The notes under the pieces were generated by a model. The model made no database searches and was not told the origin of the DNA. It saw only the letters and a list, made by a program, of their open reading frames with translations. The position numbers were made by a program, and so were the translations under genes. Of a DNA stretch of 64,000 nt, positions 28,610 to 41,900 are shown one piece after another. Numbering within the stretch: the stretch's first letter is position 1; every line of letters begins with the position of its first letter. The stretch spans positions 136,771-200,770 of the forward strand of contig JACJZU010000002.1 in assembly GCA_020635435.1 (NCBI GenBank), read 5' to 3'. Origin of the DNA: Flavobacteriales bacterium. Lineage in GTDB: Bacteria > Bacteroidota > Bacteroidia > NS11-12g > UBA9320.

Positions 28610-28689
28610 AGGCTTGTGGCGCAGTTGAACCTCAATAGGTCTGTAAATGGAATTCCGTATTTTCACGGATCATTTGTAAAAAAGTATTC

Positions 28690-29100
28690 ATGCGAAACAG
28701 AATATTACCATTGATCTGTAGTTGTATGTTGATCATTGATCTTTCACCCGTGCAGGCGATCGATCAGGATTCCTTCCGCATCAAGATGGAGCGAATGCGC
28801 CAGGAGGCGGATTCCATGAACAGGTCCCTTGATTCATTCAACGCATCGATGAATGCACATATGGAGAAGATGCTTGAAGAGCAGCGTGCGGAGCACATGG
28901 AGCGATTTCAAGAGGAGAATATCCGGTCGCTGAATGAATTCATGGCTCGTCAGCGGGAACAGGATGCCCGCAAGCGCAAGAGTTTGATCATCAGGGGGGC
29001 CGGCCTTGTTGTGTTGATCGGCGTATGGATCTTCACCTTCATTAAAAAGCGCAGGCAGCGTGTATCTCGGAACGAGGGGGGGGCGGAATCGACCCCTTAA
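28690..29100 (+). CDS. Hypothetical protein (signal peptide, charged coiled-coil-like region, C-terminal TM helix)
   Basis: A Met/Glu/Arg-rich central region and the helix GAGLVVLIGVWIFTFI. I recognise no family. Confidence 0.5.
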   Translation: MRNRILPLICSCMLIIDLSPVQAIDQDSFRIKMERMRQEADSMNRSLDSFNASMNAHMEKMLEEQRAEHMERFQEENIRSLNEFMARQREQDARKRKSLIIRGAGLVVLIGVWIFTFIKKRRQRVSRNEGGAESTP

Positions 29101-29738
29101 CTATTGTGCGGGAAGAATGGATTGTGTCTTTTCTCAAAACCGATCTCGGTTGCAGGTCCGTGGCCGCAGTACACAATATATTGTTCAGGGAGCGTGAAAA
29201 GCTGCGTTTGGATCGATTGCAGGAGTTGGTCGTGGTTTCCACCGGGGAGATCGGTTCTTCCGATGCTGAGTTGAAAAAGGGTATCACCTGCAACCACCCA
29301 ATCGTCGGGATCGCTTACGAGGCAGATATGTCCGGGCGCGTGGCCTGGTGTAAATAACAAGTCCAAACGCTCATAACCCAGAACTATCTCACCAAGATCA
29401 TCGAGAAAGCGGCTAGGTTGAGGAGATTGATGGTACGGTAGACCATACATATCGGCAACGGTGGGCCCCATGTTCAAGTTTGGGAGATCGAGACTGTGGA
29501 TCCACAATGGGATATCCCATTGTTCACAGCAAAAGGTATTACCCATGATGTGGTCGATATGGCAATGGGTATTGATAACTGCCAGAGGTTTCCATCCTTG
29601 GTCGTTTATATATGCTTGAAGTTCTGCTTCTTCATGTCGGTTGGAACAACCCGGATCGATAATGAAACACTGTTCTCCGGAGCTGATCACATAGGTGTTT
29701 TCCTGGAATGGATTGAATGTGAACGAATGGATCTTCAT
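29097..29738 (-). CDS. MBL-fold metallo-hydrolase (glyoxalase II-like)
   Basis: The HxHxDH motif is present (INTHCHIDHIMG), and TPGHAPGH lies downstream. Start is the ATG at 29738 (MKIHSFTF). Confidence 0.85.
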   Translation of the reverse strand: MKIHSFTFNPFQENTYVISSGEQCFIIDPGCSNRHEEAELQAYINDQGWKPLAVINTHCHIDHIMGNTFCCEQWDIPLWIHSLDLPNLNMGPTVADMYGLPYHQSPQPSRFLDDLGEIVLGYERLDLLFTPGHAPGHICLVSDPDDWVVAGDTLFQLSIGRTDLPGGNHDQLLQSIQTQLFTLPEQYIVYCGHGPATEIGFEKRHNPFFPHNS

Positions 29739-29949
29739 GAGCTTGCAAAGATGAAACATGCAAACTGAAAAGAATCATAAAGATGCGGTTTTACCTGTAA
29801 CAGTCACATTGTCAATTGTTTAAGGCGAATAAGGCATAAAAATTCAAATCGTAACTGTCAATTAATACACTTTGGTTGGTATTTGGAAATTGTCTCCTTA
29901 ACTTCGACATTACCCTAAGAAACGTAATAACCTCACTAAAACCGCTGTC

Positions 29950-32900
29950 ATGAGACTCAAATTTCTACGCTCCCTTCAGTTTTTCATTTTCAGTTTACTT
30001 TTAGCAGGCGGACTTCAGGTCAAGGCCCAGACAAGCACGCTGGTGTTCGACTATGATTTCAGCAGTTGTACGGCCTGTGGTGATTCGGTGATCACGACAT
30101 CGAACATTCGCGACAGTTTTGTCGATGCAACGGCTTCCAACAAGTTCGTCAGCTTTTTACAGGTTCGGGCTTATCTGTTCACCTGTACAACCGACTCGGT
30201 TGAATTGTACTTGAACGGGGTGAAGATGCAATCGTCGTACACGGTCTCGAAGTGTTTCTGTGGCGGTTGTGATTCTCTGGCCTGGAATATACTGGGCAAC
30301 AACTTGCAGGGGGTCTATAATTACGGAGGAAAGAACATTATAGAAATACGGTTAAAGAGCACCAGCACCATGTGGTTCGACCGCTTCAAGGTGATCCGGA
30401 CCTTATCAGACAGGTATAACTACGACGCGGGGGTTACTCGATTGGATACGCCCATGTTGAGGAGTTGTGCGGGTACTACACCGATACGGGTTGAGATCGC
30501 CAATTTCGGCAGAAGATCATTCAGCACGGTGGATGTGGAATGGACATGGAACGGCAGCAGTCAGACAGGGGTGACCTACAGCAGCAAATTAGACAGCGTT
30601 TCGAGTAGCGGGATAGCGCGAGCTTTGGTAACATTGGGGACCAAGACACTAAGTCCGGGTAAAATTGATACGCTGGTGGCGTGGACCGACGGTCCGGGAG
30701 GGCAGGTTGATTCTGCGGGCCATAACGATACTTTGGTGGCTTTGATCACGGTGGCGTTTTCAGATACCATAACCGTTGGGGGTACAAGTCCTGATTTCAC
30801 CTCCCTCTCGGCTGCGGTATCCGCCTTGCATCAATACGGGATCTGTGGGCCATTGGTCGTTTCCATCCGCCCCGGTACCTATACCGAGCAATTGGAGATC
30901 GGAACAATTCCCGGGGCCGACAGTATAAACCGCGTGACCTTTACCTCGAGCACAGGTGATTCTTCCGATGTGCTGATCAATTACTCGTCGAGTAGTTCTT
31001 CGATGAACTATACCATTCGATTGAACTATTCTTCAAATATTGATTTTCGCCATGTTACGATAGAGGCATTGGGTTCCTCGTACAGCACGGTTGTGAACCT
31101 GAACGGAGAATTGGATAATGTGGGATTTTACAGTTGCAGGTTCCTGGCAGCAACGGTTACGACCAGTTCCACGAGCCGAGCTCTCATTTACAGGTCTTAT
31201 GCCGTTTATAATGAAAATGGACAGGACTTGACATTCGACCGCTGTGTTTTTGCCGGAGGAAGTTATGGGGCGTATTTGTACAACGCTTATGGCAATTACT
31301 TCAACCGATGTCAATTTACGAACAATCAATTCCTCTCGCAGTATTATACAGGGTTATACATCTATTACCACCGCAATACGCTCGTAGAGAATAATTTCTT
31401 TTCATACTCGGGTACCACCGGTGCGTATGGAATGCGCCTGTACAATTCTACAAATGGCCTTTGGGTAGTGAACAATCGACTGATCGGAGGGTCGCCAAGT
31501 TATAACATTCATATTAATAGTCACTCCGGTACGATGAATCAGAGAGGACTCGTAGCGAACAATTTGTTATCGACCACTGCTGCTTCAAATACAAGTTATT
31601 ATGCGAATGTCAATCTGGAATACAATAGCTATCTGGATTTCGTCCACAACAATATTCAACGAAGTGAAGATGGTACAGAGCCGGCTCTTCAGGTCTATTA
31701 TGGAAGTAACATCCGTACGTACAATAATATTTTGAAATGTAGTGGCAACAGTCCGGCGTTAACGGTTTACAATGGGGGCTCGCCCAATATTGCTTACTCG
31801 GATCACAACTGTTACAGAACCATGGGTGTATTATTGGGATCCTGGGATGGAAGTGCCCTATCTACGTTGAACGACCTGCAGACTGCGAGTGGCATGGATT
31901 CGAATAGTGTTGATACGGATCCAAATTATGTTTCGTTGACCGATCTCAAACCATATAACGTGGATCTGGACGCGGCTGGTAAGGGCGATCCCCGGGTACC
32001 ATTGGACTTTGACGGTTTGCCACGGGATACCACCAACCCGGATATTGGTGCCATTGAGTTTGATCTGGTGAAGAATGATGCCGGAATTGTTGAGATCAAA
32101 CGGTTTGTTGCCGGATCGGGATGCTACGAAGTTGTGATGCGCAACTTTGGAAAAGATACCTTGAAAAGCGTGAGCATAGGCTGGTCTCTGAATGGTTCTT
32201 CCAAAACACCGGTGAGTTGGACAGGGACTTTGGCTAAAGGGGACACCACACATTTATGCCTGGATACAACTACATTTTCAACCACCCAGGCCTATAACCT
32301 GAAGGTTTGGACATCGTCGCCGAACTCGTCTACCGACTCTTTCCCTTTGAATGATACCTCATCGGCGCGATACTTTGCCGCCCTGTCGGGGGATTATACA
32401 CTTGGCGGAGGCTCCTCTGATTTTGTGAATTTCGACTCGGCTTTGGCCGCATTAGAACGCGGAGGAGTTATAGACTCTGCCCGATTCCTTGTTCAAAGCG
32501 GCACCTATACATCACAATTGGTTTTTGGAAGTATATATGGTGCGGATCATGAAGGGGCCGTTATTTTTCAGGGGGCTGCAGCAGACAGTACGGCAGCTGT
32601 ACTGCAGTTCGGGTCTACCAGTTCATCGACCAATTACGTGGTCAAGCTGGACATGGCGAGGGGGATCACATTCCGGCATATGACTTTGCACAATACGTCA
32701 GCCGGTTCTTACAAGCAAGTTGTTCAAACGAATAATTCTGTCCTTGATATAACCTTCGATCACTGCGTTCTGACCAATAACGACACCACATCGACGAGTT
32801 CCAGTGTGGAGCTTGTTGAAGGCTATGCCCCGAACATGAGAAATTTGAAATTTATCGGTAACGTGTTCCGCAATGGTTCGACCGGTCTGTATCTCGAAGG

Positions 32901-35900
32901 GGGCTATAATTCTTACGCAAGTGAAGTTGTGATTCACGGCAACACATTCGTGAATCAGAACAGAAGGGGTCTTATTCTGTATTATCAGGATGGGATAAGT
33001 GTGAGAAACAACACGATTCTTGGCATGCGAAATTCCATGACCTATGGACTCGAATTCTATGATTGGAGGGGACCAAGTTCTCTGATCGGGAATCAGGTTT
33101 ACATAACGGGAACCAATTTGTATTCAGGTATTTACGGTAGTTATTACTACGATGCATCGGATACGATGGTTGTTGCAAACAATTTTGTTTCGGTACAATC
33201 AAGTCAATCCTGTAATGGGATGCAGTTATACGACCTCAATCCGGGTCTGGTGGCCTATAATAATGTTTGGAATCGATCCACAGATTCGAGCAGTTCCGGT
33301 TCCGCGATCTTCTTCAGTTATGGTGACTTCTATGTTTACAATAACAACATGGTTCACACCGCAAATGGTTATGCGTACTATCTATCCAGCGAATACCGTT
33401 TTAAATCCAATTTCAACAATCTGTTCTCGAACAAGAGCAATCCGGTTTATTATGATGGGGTGAACTATTCTTCGATTGCAGCCTATCAATCCGGGGAGAA
33501 TAAAGATACCAATTCCGTAGCAGTAAATCCGCAATACACTTCTACCTCAGATCTACACGTCAGTTCTGTACTGCTGAATAAGAAAGGCAAGCCACTAAAT
33601 CTAGTTAATGTGGATATTGACGGTGAGCAACGCGATTCAATGAATCCGGATATTGGTGCTGACGAGTTCAGTCCGCCTGCCAAGGATGCAAGTGTGATCG
33701 CCTTCGCCAGTCCGGGAAGTGTGTTGATAGCAGATACCCTGCCTTATACCGTGGTAGTCCAAAACTTCGGATTGGATACCATCAATGAGGTAAGTGCAGC
33801 AGGTAGGATCAGCACCAGCCACTCTACGACGAACTTCAGTGTTACAAAATCGACTAAGACATTGGCTCCGGGCGACACCACCCATATTCGTCTGGGAACC
33901 TATGTATTCCATCAGGATTCCTCCTATTCTCTAACGGCCTGGAGTTCCAGTCCGGGAGGGGTGAGTGACCAGAAACCGTCGAATGATACCTTGAGTCAGG
34001 AAGATATCTATCCGGCAATGGCTGGTATTTATACGATAGGTGGAAGTAGTCCTGATTTCAGTTCTATTCGGGCAGCTGTTGCTGCGTTGAAACGGGCGGG
34101 TATATCGGATACGGTTACATTCAGGATTCGTTCCGGTACATATAACGAGCGCGTAGATCTCAGCCGCTTCAGGGGAACATTTGGCAGGAACAGCATCATT
34201 TTTGAATCGGAGTCGGGTGATTCCTCAACGGTTACCATTCAACATACGGCCACCCAAAGCGATTCGAACTGGGTAGTATATTTCCGGGGTACGGAACACG
34301 TAACTTTCCGCAAGTTGACGATCCGAAGTTCATCCACCGGCTCCTATGCCCGTGTTATTCAGATCGACAACAACTGTAAGGATATTTCGATTCACAATTG
34401 CTTTATTGAAGGACGCAATGTGAGCAGTACCTCACAGAACTATTCGCTCATCTATTCCGGAAACAATGCCGATGAAGGTATCTGGATCTTGAACAACAGA
34501 TTGAGAAATGGGAGTTATGGAGTTTACCTTTATGAGTATCCGAGTTCATCGCCCTATACACAGACGCTTGGGATACGAATAGAAAACAACGATATCAATT
34601 GTTACAGATACGGGATCTACGTTTATTACGCCGATTCATTACGCATCACTGGAAACAAGATCACATCGGATAACTATTCATCATTTTACGGAATTTATAT
34701 AGAGGATGCTGACAGTTCGCTAAATGTTTCGAACAATACGATCGTTCTGAACCGCGGTTATATGGGTATTTACATTTACTACGGCGGGCTTAATGCAACT
34801 TCACTTCAACCCATTAATAACAACTTTATAAGCATGTTAGACCCCACAAATTCAGGGATCTACGGTATTTACAGCTATAATGGTGGAAGTTTAGACATTT
34901 CTTATAACAGCATTTTCATTGCAAATACCAATAGCAACTACGGAATTGCGAATTATTATGGATCAAATTGCAGGATCTTGAATAACAATATCGAAGCGGG
35001 CTCGGGCAGGGCTCTCTATTACTATTACGGTTCCCAAAGCTCGGATTACAATAATTTACATAGCAGCGGGCCCTACTTAGGTTACAAGGATGGTACGGAC
35101 TATGCTGATCTCAGTGCGTGGGAATCCGGTACAATGCTGGATAGCAATTCAATTTCCGTAATGCCGCAATTCAAATCGAATACGGACCTTCACATGAAGG
35201 ATCTGAGGCTTAACGGGAAGGCCAAGCCTCTTGCTGAGGTTTTGACCGACATAGATGGTGAGATGCGCGATTCCATCACACCGGATATTGGAGCAGATGA
35301 GTATATACCGCCAAAACTGGACGCGGGTATTATTGATGTGATCACGCCGAAGATGCCCTTCCTGGCCGATACGCAGCAAGTGGTTGTGGTATTGGGGAAT
35401 TTTGGATCCGATACGCTGAAAACAGCGAATATCACCTGGCAGCTAAATGATAGTACCTATCCGGTGTATTCCTGGAGTGGCTCACTCGCATTGGGTGATA
35501 CGGCATGGGTAAAACTGGGAAGTCATGTTTTCGATCTGGACAGTGGATATTCCTTCAAATCGTGGACGAGTAATCCAAACAGTGGTACGGATGCTCTTGC
35601 GGAGAATGATACGGCGGAACTCAAAGATCAGTACCCCGCCCTGAGCGGTATCTACACTGTGGGCGGAGGGTCACCTGATTTTAACACGCTGGGCGATGTG
35701 CTCACGGCGTTGAGTCGGGGCGGAGTATATGATTCGGCCCGATTTGACATCCGATCCGGAACGTACCTGGAGCAACTGGAATTCAAGCGCTACATAGGTG
35801 CCAATAAGAAGCATGCGATCATATTCCAAAGTGAATTGAAGGACAGCTCGAAAGTGTTTCTGTCTGCTTCTTCCACGTCATCATCCAAGAATTACTCCGT

Positions 35901-38900
35901 ACTACTGGATAGCGCAAGCGGTATAACTTTCAGGCATTTAACGCTCACAACACCGGGAATAACTTATTCCAATGTGGTGCGAATTTATGGTGGAAGCACC
36001 GATATATGTTTTGAAAAGTGCCACATAACGGGATCGAATACGTCGAGTACCTCTGCTGACAGGGCTTTGGTCTACATCTATGCGGCTACCCGCAATGCGA
36101 AGATCCAGAATGTGGAATTCCGAAATTCCAACTTCAATTTCGGTGCTTACGGAATTTATGGTACCGGTTACCATTTATCCGGACAACGATCGGAGGATAT
36201 CCGATTCACGAATAACAATTTCTCGGATCAGTATTACTACAGTTTGTATCTCTACTACGTCGACCGTCCGGTGATCGAAATGAATCGTTTCGAGGGACGT
36301 GCGAGTATGAGCTCAAGCGGGACCGGTATTTATATTTACTACTGTGATAAATACCGGGTTACTTCCAACAGCATCAAAATGATACCTTATATGGGTATCC
36401 GGGCGGAGTATAGCTACGGATCTGTAGGCGACAGTACGCTATTGGCCAACAATATGGTGAGCATGAATGGTACGGGAACTTCATACGGACTCTATTTATA
36501 CGGTGCCAGCTATGCTTACATCCTGAATAACAACGTGCGATTGGTAAGTACAAGCACATCCTCCTACGTACTGTATTTGAACGGTTCTCCATACTACGCC
36601 TACAACAACAACTTCACTCATTTTGGAAATGGTTATGCGGCCTATTACAGTTCATACAGTTCAAGCAGCAGGATCGATCACAATAACTATTTCACCAATG
36701 GTAGCAACATCATCTACAGGGGATCTACCTATACCAGTTTTGCGAACTATCAATCGTCGACCGGTTTGGATGGGAATGGGCTGAACATCGATCCGGACTA
36801 TGTGAGTGCCACAGATCTGCACACCAGGGAAGCCAATCTGGATCGGGCAGGAAAAGCATTCCCACATCTTGTCCCATTTGACTTTGATGGAGAAGTACGT
36901 GACTCCGTAACACCGGATATAGGTGCGGATGAAATAAGCATTCCATCTGCGAACGATGCCGGTATAGTGGCCAGTACCGGGCCTATTGCCCCATTTGCGT
37001 CCGGCTCAAATGCTGTTTATGCGGTGATACGAAATTTTGGCTCGGACTCATTGAAAAGTGCGACGATCCATTGGTCGGTGAATGGCGGAACGGCAACAAC
37101 CTATTCCTGGACCGGCGGCCTTAAAACATACGAGTTCGATACGGTGAATCTCGGCAATTTCTCATTCTCTTCGGGCACGCATTATTCCATTCGCTTTTGG
37201 ACGAGCTCCCCGAACGGAGTGGCGGACACGATCAACTACAACGACACCTTCGATCGATATAACATGATCCCGGGTCTCATAGGAACCTATACGGTGGGAG
37301 GTTCTGCTCCGGATTTTGCCACCATAGCCGATGCGGTGACCGCTTTGAAAAACGCCGGAACATTGGGTAATGTGATCTTCAGTATCCGAGCCGGAACATA
37401 TAATGAAACGATCACACTGGAGCCTTACTCCACAACTTCACCCACATCAAGGGTAACCTTCCAATCTTCGACCGGAAATGCATCTGACGTGATCTGGAGG
37501 CCAAAGAATTACGGGGACGGAAAGATCGTATACATCAATGGAGCCGATCGATTGCGATTCAGGAATATCACTTTCCGACCACAGGCCGGATACACGACAT
37601 ATATCGTTGAGATGAACAATAGTTCATCGAATGTAGAATTCCGCAACAACGTATTCGATATGAACTCCTATACGTATTACGGAACGCATTACGGTATTCG
37701 CTCCAGCTCGGATAACGATGATAGCCTGGTCGTTAGCAACAACACGTTCAAGAATGGTTATATGGGTGTATATCTATATGGTATCAACAGTTCGAATCCG
37801 GAGAAATTTACGCGAATCGACAGTAACACCTTTACATCCCAGTATTCCTACGCTATTGCGGCATACTACCAGAATGGCATTCGGATTCGCAGCAATCAGA
37901 TCAGCAGCAGTGTTACAGGAGTAGAACCTATCTATCTCTACTATTCATCGGGCTCGTGTGAATTGGCGTACAATAAGATATCGCGTACGTATAATGGAAG
38001 TTCCGGAGTGGACATCTTATATCACCAGGGGGGTGTGAGTATGCCATTCCTTGTGCATAACAACTTCATTACGATCAATGCAGGTGGTGGAACCTACACG
38101 GCATTCTATACTTCGAATTCTTCCTATTTGAACCTGTATTTCAACAGCATTCACGTGTACAATGGGGGGTCTTCCTCTACACCTTTCGCTGCCTACAATA
38201 CCAGCAGCCTCGATATCAGGAATAACATTTTTGCGAATTCGGGGAATGGATATAGTTTCTACATGAGCAATTCCACCCTGAGTCAGTCCAATTACAATAA
38301 TTTCTACACGGCCGGAACTACGCTCGCAGGGCTCGGAGCAACCTATTATACGAGTTTGAGCAGCTTCAGGTCGGCAACGGGTAAGGATGCCCAGTCCCTT
38401 TCAGTGGATCCTTATTTCTTCTCAGATACCGATCTGCATACGGGAATATCTTCGCTCGACAGTGCAGGTACACCGATCACGGGAATTACCGACGACATTG
38501 ACCGGGAAAGCAGGAATACTACGAAGCCGGACATTGGGGCCGATGAGTTCAACAGTTTACCTCGAAACCTTGGTGTGCAGAATGTGCTGGTGCCTCTGGA
38601 TGGGTGTGATATGGATACCATTCAAGTAAAGGTCACCTTATTCAACTATGGCTCGCAGGCTCAGGTCAATTTCCCAATTCGCTATCAGCTCAATGGCGGT
38701 TTGATCGACAGTTTTATAGTAACTGATACCATCAAACGCGGGGCAAGTCTTGTCGCTGAATTCGATTCCATGGAGATTTTGAGCACGGGCATGCAATACA
38801 ACCTGAAGGTATGGACAGATCTGAATAATGAGCAGTTCCGGGCTAATGACACGGTTGCGATGGTCTTCAACAATTATCAGAAACCGGATTCCGTGAAAAG

Positions 38901-41900
38901 TATGGTTCCTGCGAATGGAACTGTGAATGTGAGTTTCCCACTTTCGCTTTCCTGGTTACCTTCTACAGGAGCTACTCATTACGACATCTACTTATGGGAT
39001 AGTACTGGCAGTAAACCCGGTAGCCCTAATTTCAGCAACCTCACACAGATCAGTTATCAGATCAATTCTGGACTTACCTATGGAGCTACCTATTACTGGC
39101 AGATCGTTGCGAAGAATAGTGTTTGTGCAACGGAAGGGGTCATTCAGAAATTCAAAATGAAATACCTACCTGATCTGGTCGTAACATCGGTTGTTACTCC
39201 ATCCAGTGCTTTCTCCAGTACAAACATCACGATTAACTGGACAGTAAAGAATCAAGGATTGGGTAATTCGGGGGGGACCTGGTTCGACCGGCTTTACCTT
39301 TCGGACGACGCACTTTACGGATCCGACATATTCTTGGGTGGTTTTGTGAATCCAAGCGCACCGAATGCAGGAGGTACTTACAGTCAGACCGCAACAGTTA
39401 CATTGCCTAATGGAATTTCGGGAAGCTACCGCGTATTTGTTCTTACGGATGTTTACGGCAACCTGACGGAGGGTAACGAAAACAATAACATCGCTAGGGA
39501 CTCCGGTACGGCGATGAACGTTTCGCTCACTCCTCCGCCGGATCTGATCGTGAACTCGGTGATCGCGCCGACAAATGGTTTCTCCGGTCAGCCAGTTTAC
39601 ATAACATACACCGTTAAAAACGACGGAACCGGACCCACACGTTCCGGCCTGTGGTATGATCGCATTTATATAACCAGCGACAGCACGCTGAATTCTTCGT
39701 TAACACTTCTCAAAACGATACAGCATGTTGGTAATCTCTTAGTTGACAGCACCTACTTCAATGCAAGTGTGCCAATCATCCTACCTAATAACATCAAGGG
39801 CAAGCGTTTCATAATTGTACATACCGACCAGACGAATCAGGAATATGAATATGCGTCGGAGGGTAACAATACGAACTATGATTCCATGGAGGTCATTTTA
39901 ACCCCTCCACCGGATTTGGTTGTTCGGGATGTGGTTGTTCCAACGTCGGCCAGCAACCGTGAATACATCACTGTGAACTTCCATACCATGAACGATGGGG
40001 GAACGAGTACCGGTAAAGCATATTATGATGCATTCTACCTCTCCCAGAGCCCGGTATTGAATACCAGTACCGCTTATAATTTGGGCAGTATCCGTCAGCC
40101 TACCACAGGCCCCGGAGATACGGCAACAAATCGCAGTGTCACTTTGCGCATCCCATCGAACATCAATGGTAAATACTATCTCTTTGTTGTAACGGATGCC
40201 AATGGTTATATCGAAGAATTGAGCGGAGAATCGAACAACGTTTCGAAGGGTGATAGTATCATCATCAACAGCCCTGATCTTGTGGTTCGGCATGTTGATG
40301 TGGATGCCCGCGACACTTCAGGTCATTTGACTCGAATCGAATATTGGGTCAAGAACCTCGGACCCGGTGCAGACTTAGGTACAACGAGATCGGACAGCTT
40401 CTACATACATACGGGTAATACATGGAGCAGTAGTGCAAGGCGCCTTAGTAGGTATACCTATACGACAACCATTCAGCCCGGTGATAGTCATTTCGTGAGC
40501 ACAACCGTGCGCATACCGGACGGAACCGAAGGGAAGCGTTACTTCTTTGTCTCTACAGATGCACAGCTTGCGATCTTCGAAAATGGCAAGGACAACAACA
40601 ACCGGGGCGTAAGCGACAGCATGACGGTTGATCTGGCTCCATATCCGGATCTGATCCCCCGTTTGGATACGTTCCCGGATTCTACCGAAGCAGGTAACCT
40701 GATCAAACTGCAATACAACGTGCGTAACGATGGGGATACCACAGCTATGCCTCTGTGGCGTGATGCGGTTTACCTCTCACAGGATTCCGTTTGGAGTAGT
40801 AATGATCTTCTTCTGGGACCATTTATTCAGAATTCACAATTGCTGAAAGGAGCTTCATACGATGTAACCCTTTATCCGACTCTTCCTTCCAGTCTCACAA
40901 TGGGTACGTATTATTTTATAGTACGAACCGATTATCAGGATAATGTCTATGAGCATGGATCCGACAATCAGAACAACATTTTCGTTTCAAAAGGTATCTT
41001 CATCGACGGGTATCCACCAATTGACCTGGTTGTAAGTTGTCCGGACGTTGCGGATACCATGTGGAGTGGACTGACCTATGTGGTTAATTACACGGTAACG
41101 AATAATGGACAGGCTTCGACTGCGGTAGGTTTCTGGACGGATTATGTGTACTTGAGTACGGATTCCGTTTATAGCAGCAACGACGAAAAGATCGGAGGAT
41201 ATATTCGCTCCGGTAACCTCGCAAAAGGTGCTTCCTACAGTGTCAGTTTGCCGGTTAAGATACCCAATGGACGAAGCGGTAATTTCTACCTAATAGTTCG
41301 CACCGATACGGCCAACCGCAATGTGGATGTTGACTTAAGTTCGAACAGCAAAGCTGCTTGTAAAGCCGGAGCTGCTCATAGGAAAGTGCTACGGCTTACA
41401 CCTCCACCGGATCTGAAGATCACATCCTGGACAGTTCCCGGAACCGGAACGAGTGGCCAGAACATCAACATCAAATACACCGTTAAGAACGATGGATCAG
41501 GACCTACTACGGCCGGTGCCTGGGTAGATAAGATCTACCTGTCTACAGACTATACACTGGACAATTCAGACTATTCACTTGGTTCGCATACACATGCCGG
41601 TGACCTTACTGCCGGAGGTTCCTATTCGGTGGATAAGGATTTCCTGATACCATTGGATAAAACGGGGAATTTCATCGTGATCATCAAAACGGATGTTGCG
41701 AATGTTGTGTACGAGCATACGCAGGAAGGAAATAATACTGCTGCATCCATTTCTACATTCAGTCAGCCGCCACCTGCGGATCTGATCGTATCTCAGGTAT
41801 TGGCTCCAAGCACGGTATTGAGTGGTGGAACGATCAATGTGCAGTGGAAGGTGAAGAACCAAGGCACGAATCCGGCTCAAGGGTATATTTATGACAATGT

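Noticed and set aside
29066-29073. A G8 homopolymer as a possible phase-variation tract
   Set aside because: It lies 8-10 codons from the end of a small hypothetical gene (NEGGAESTP), so slippage would change only the extreme C-terminus. It is more likely an error-prone site than a switch.
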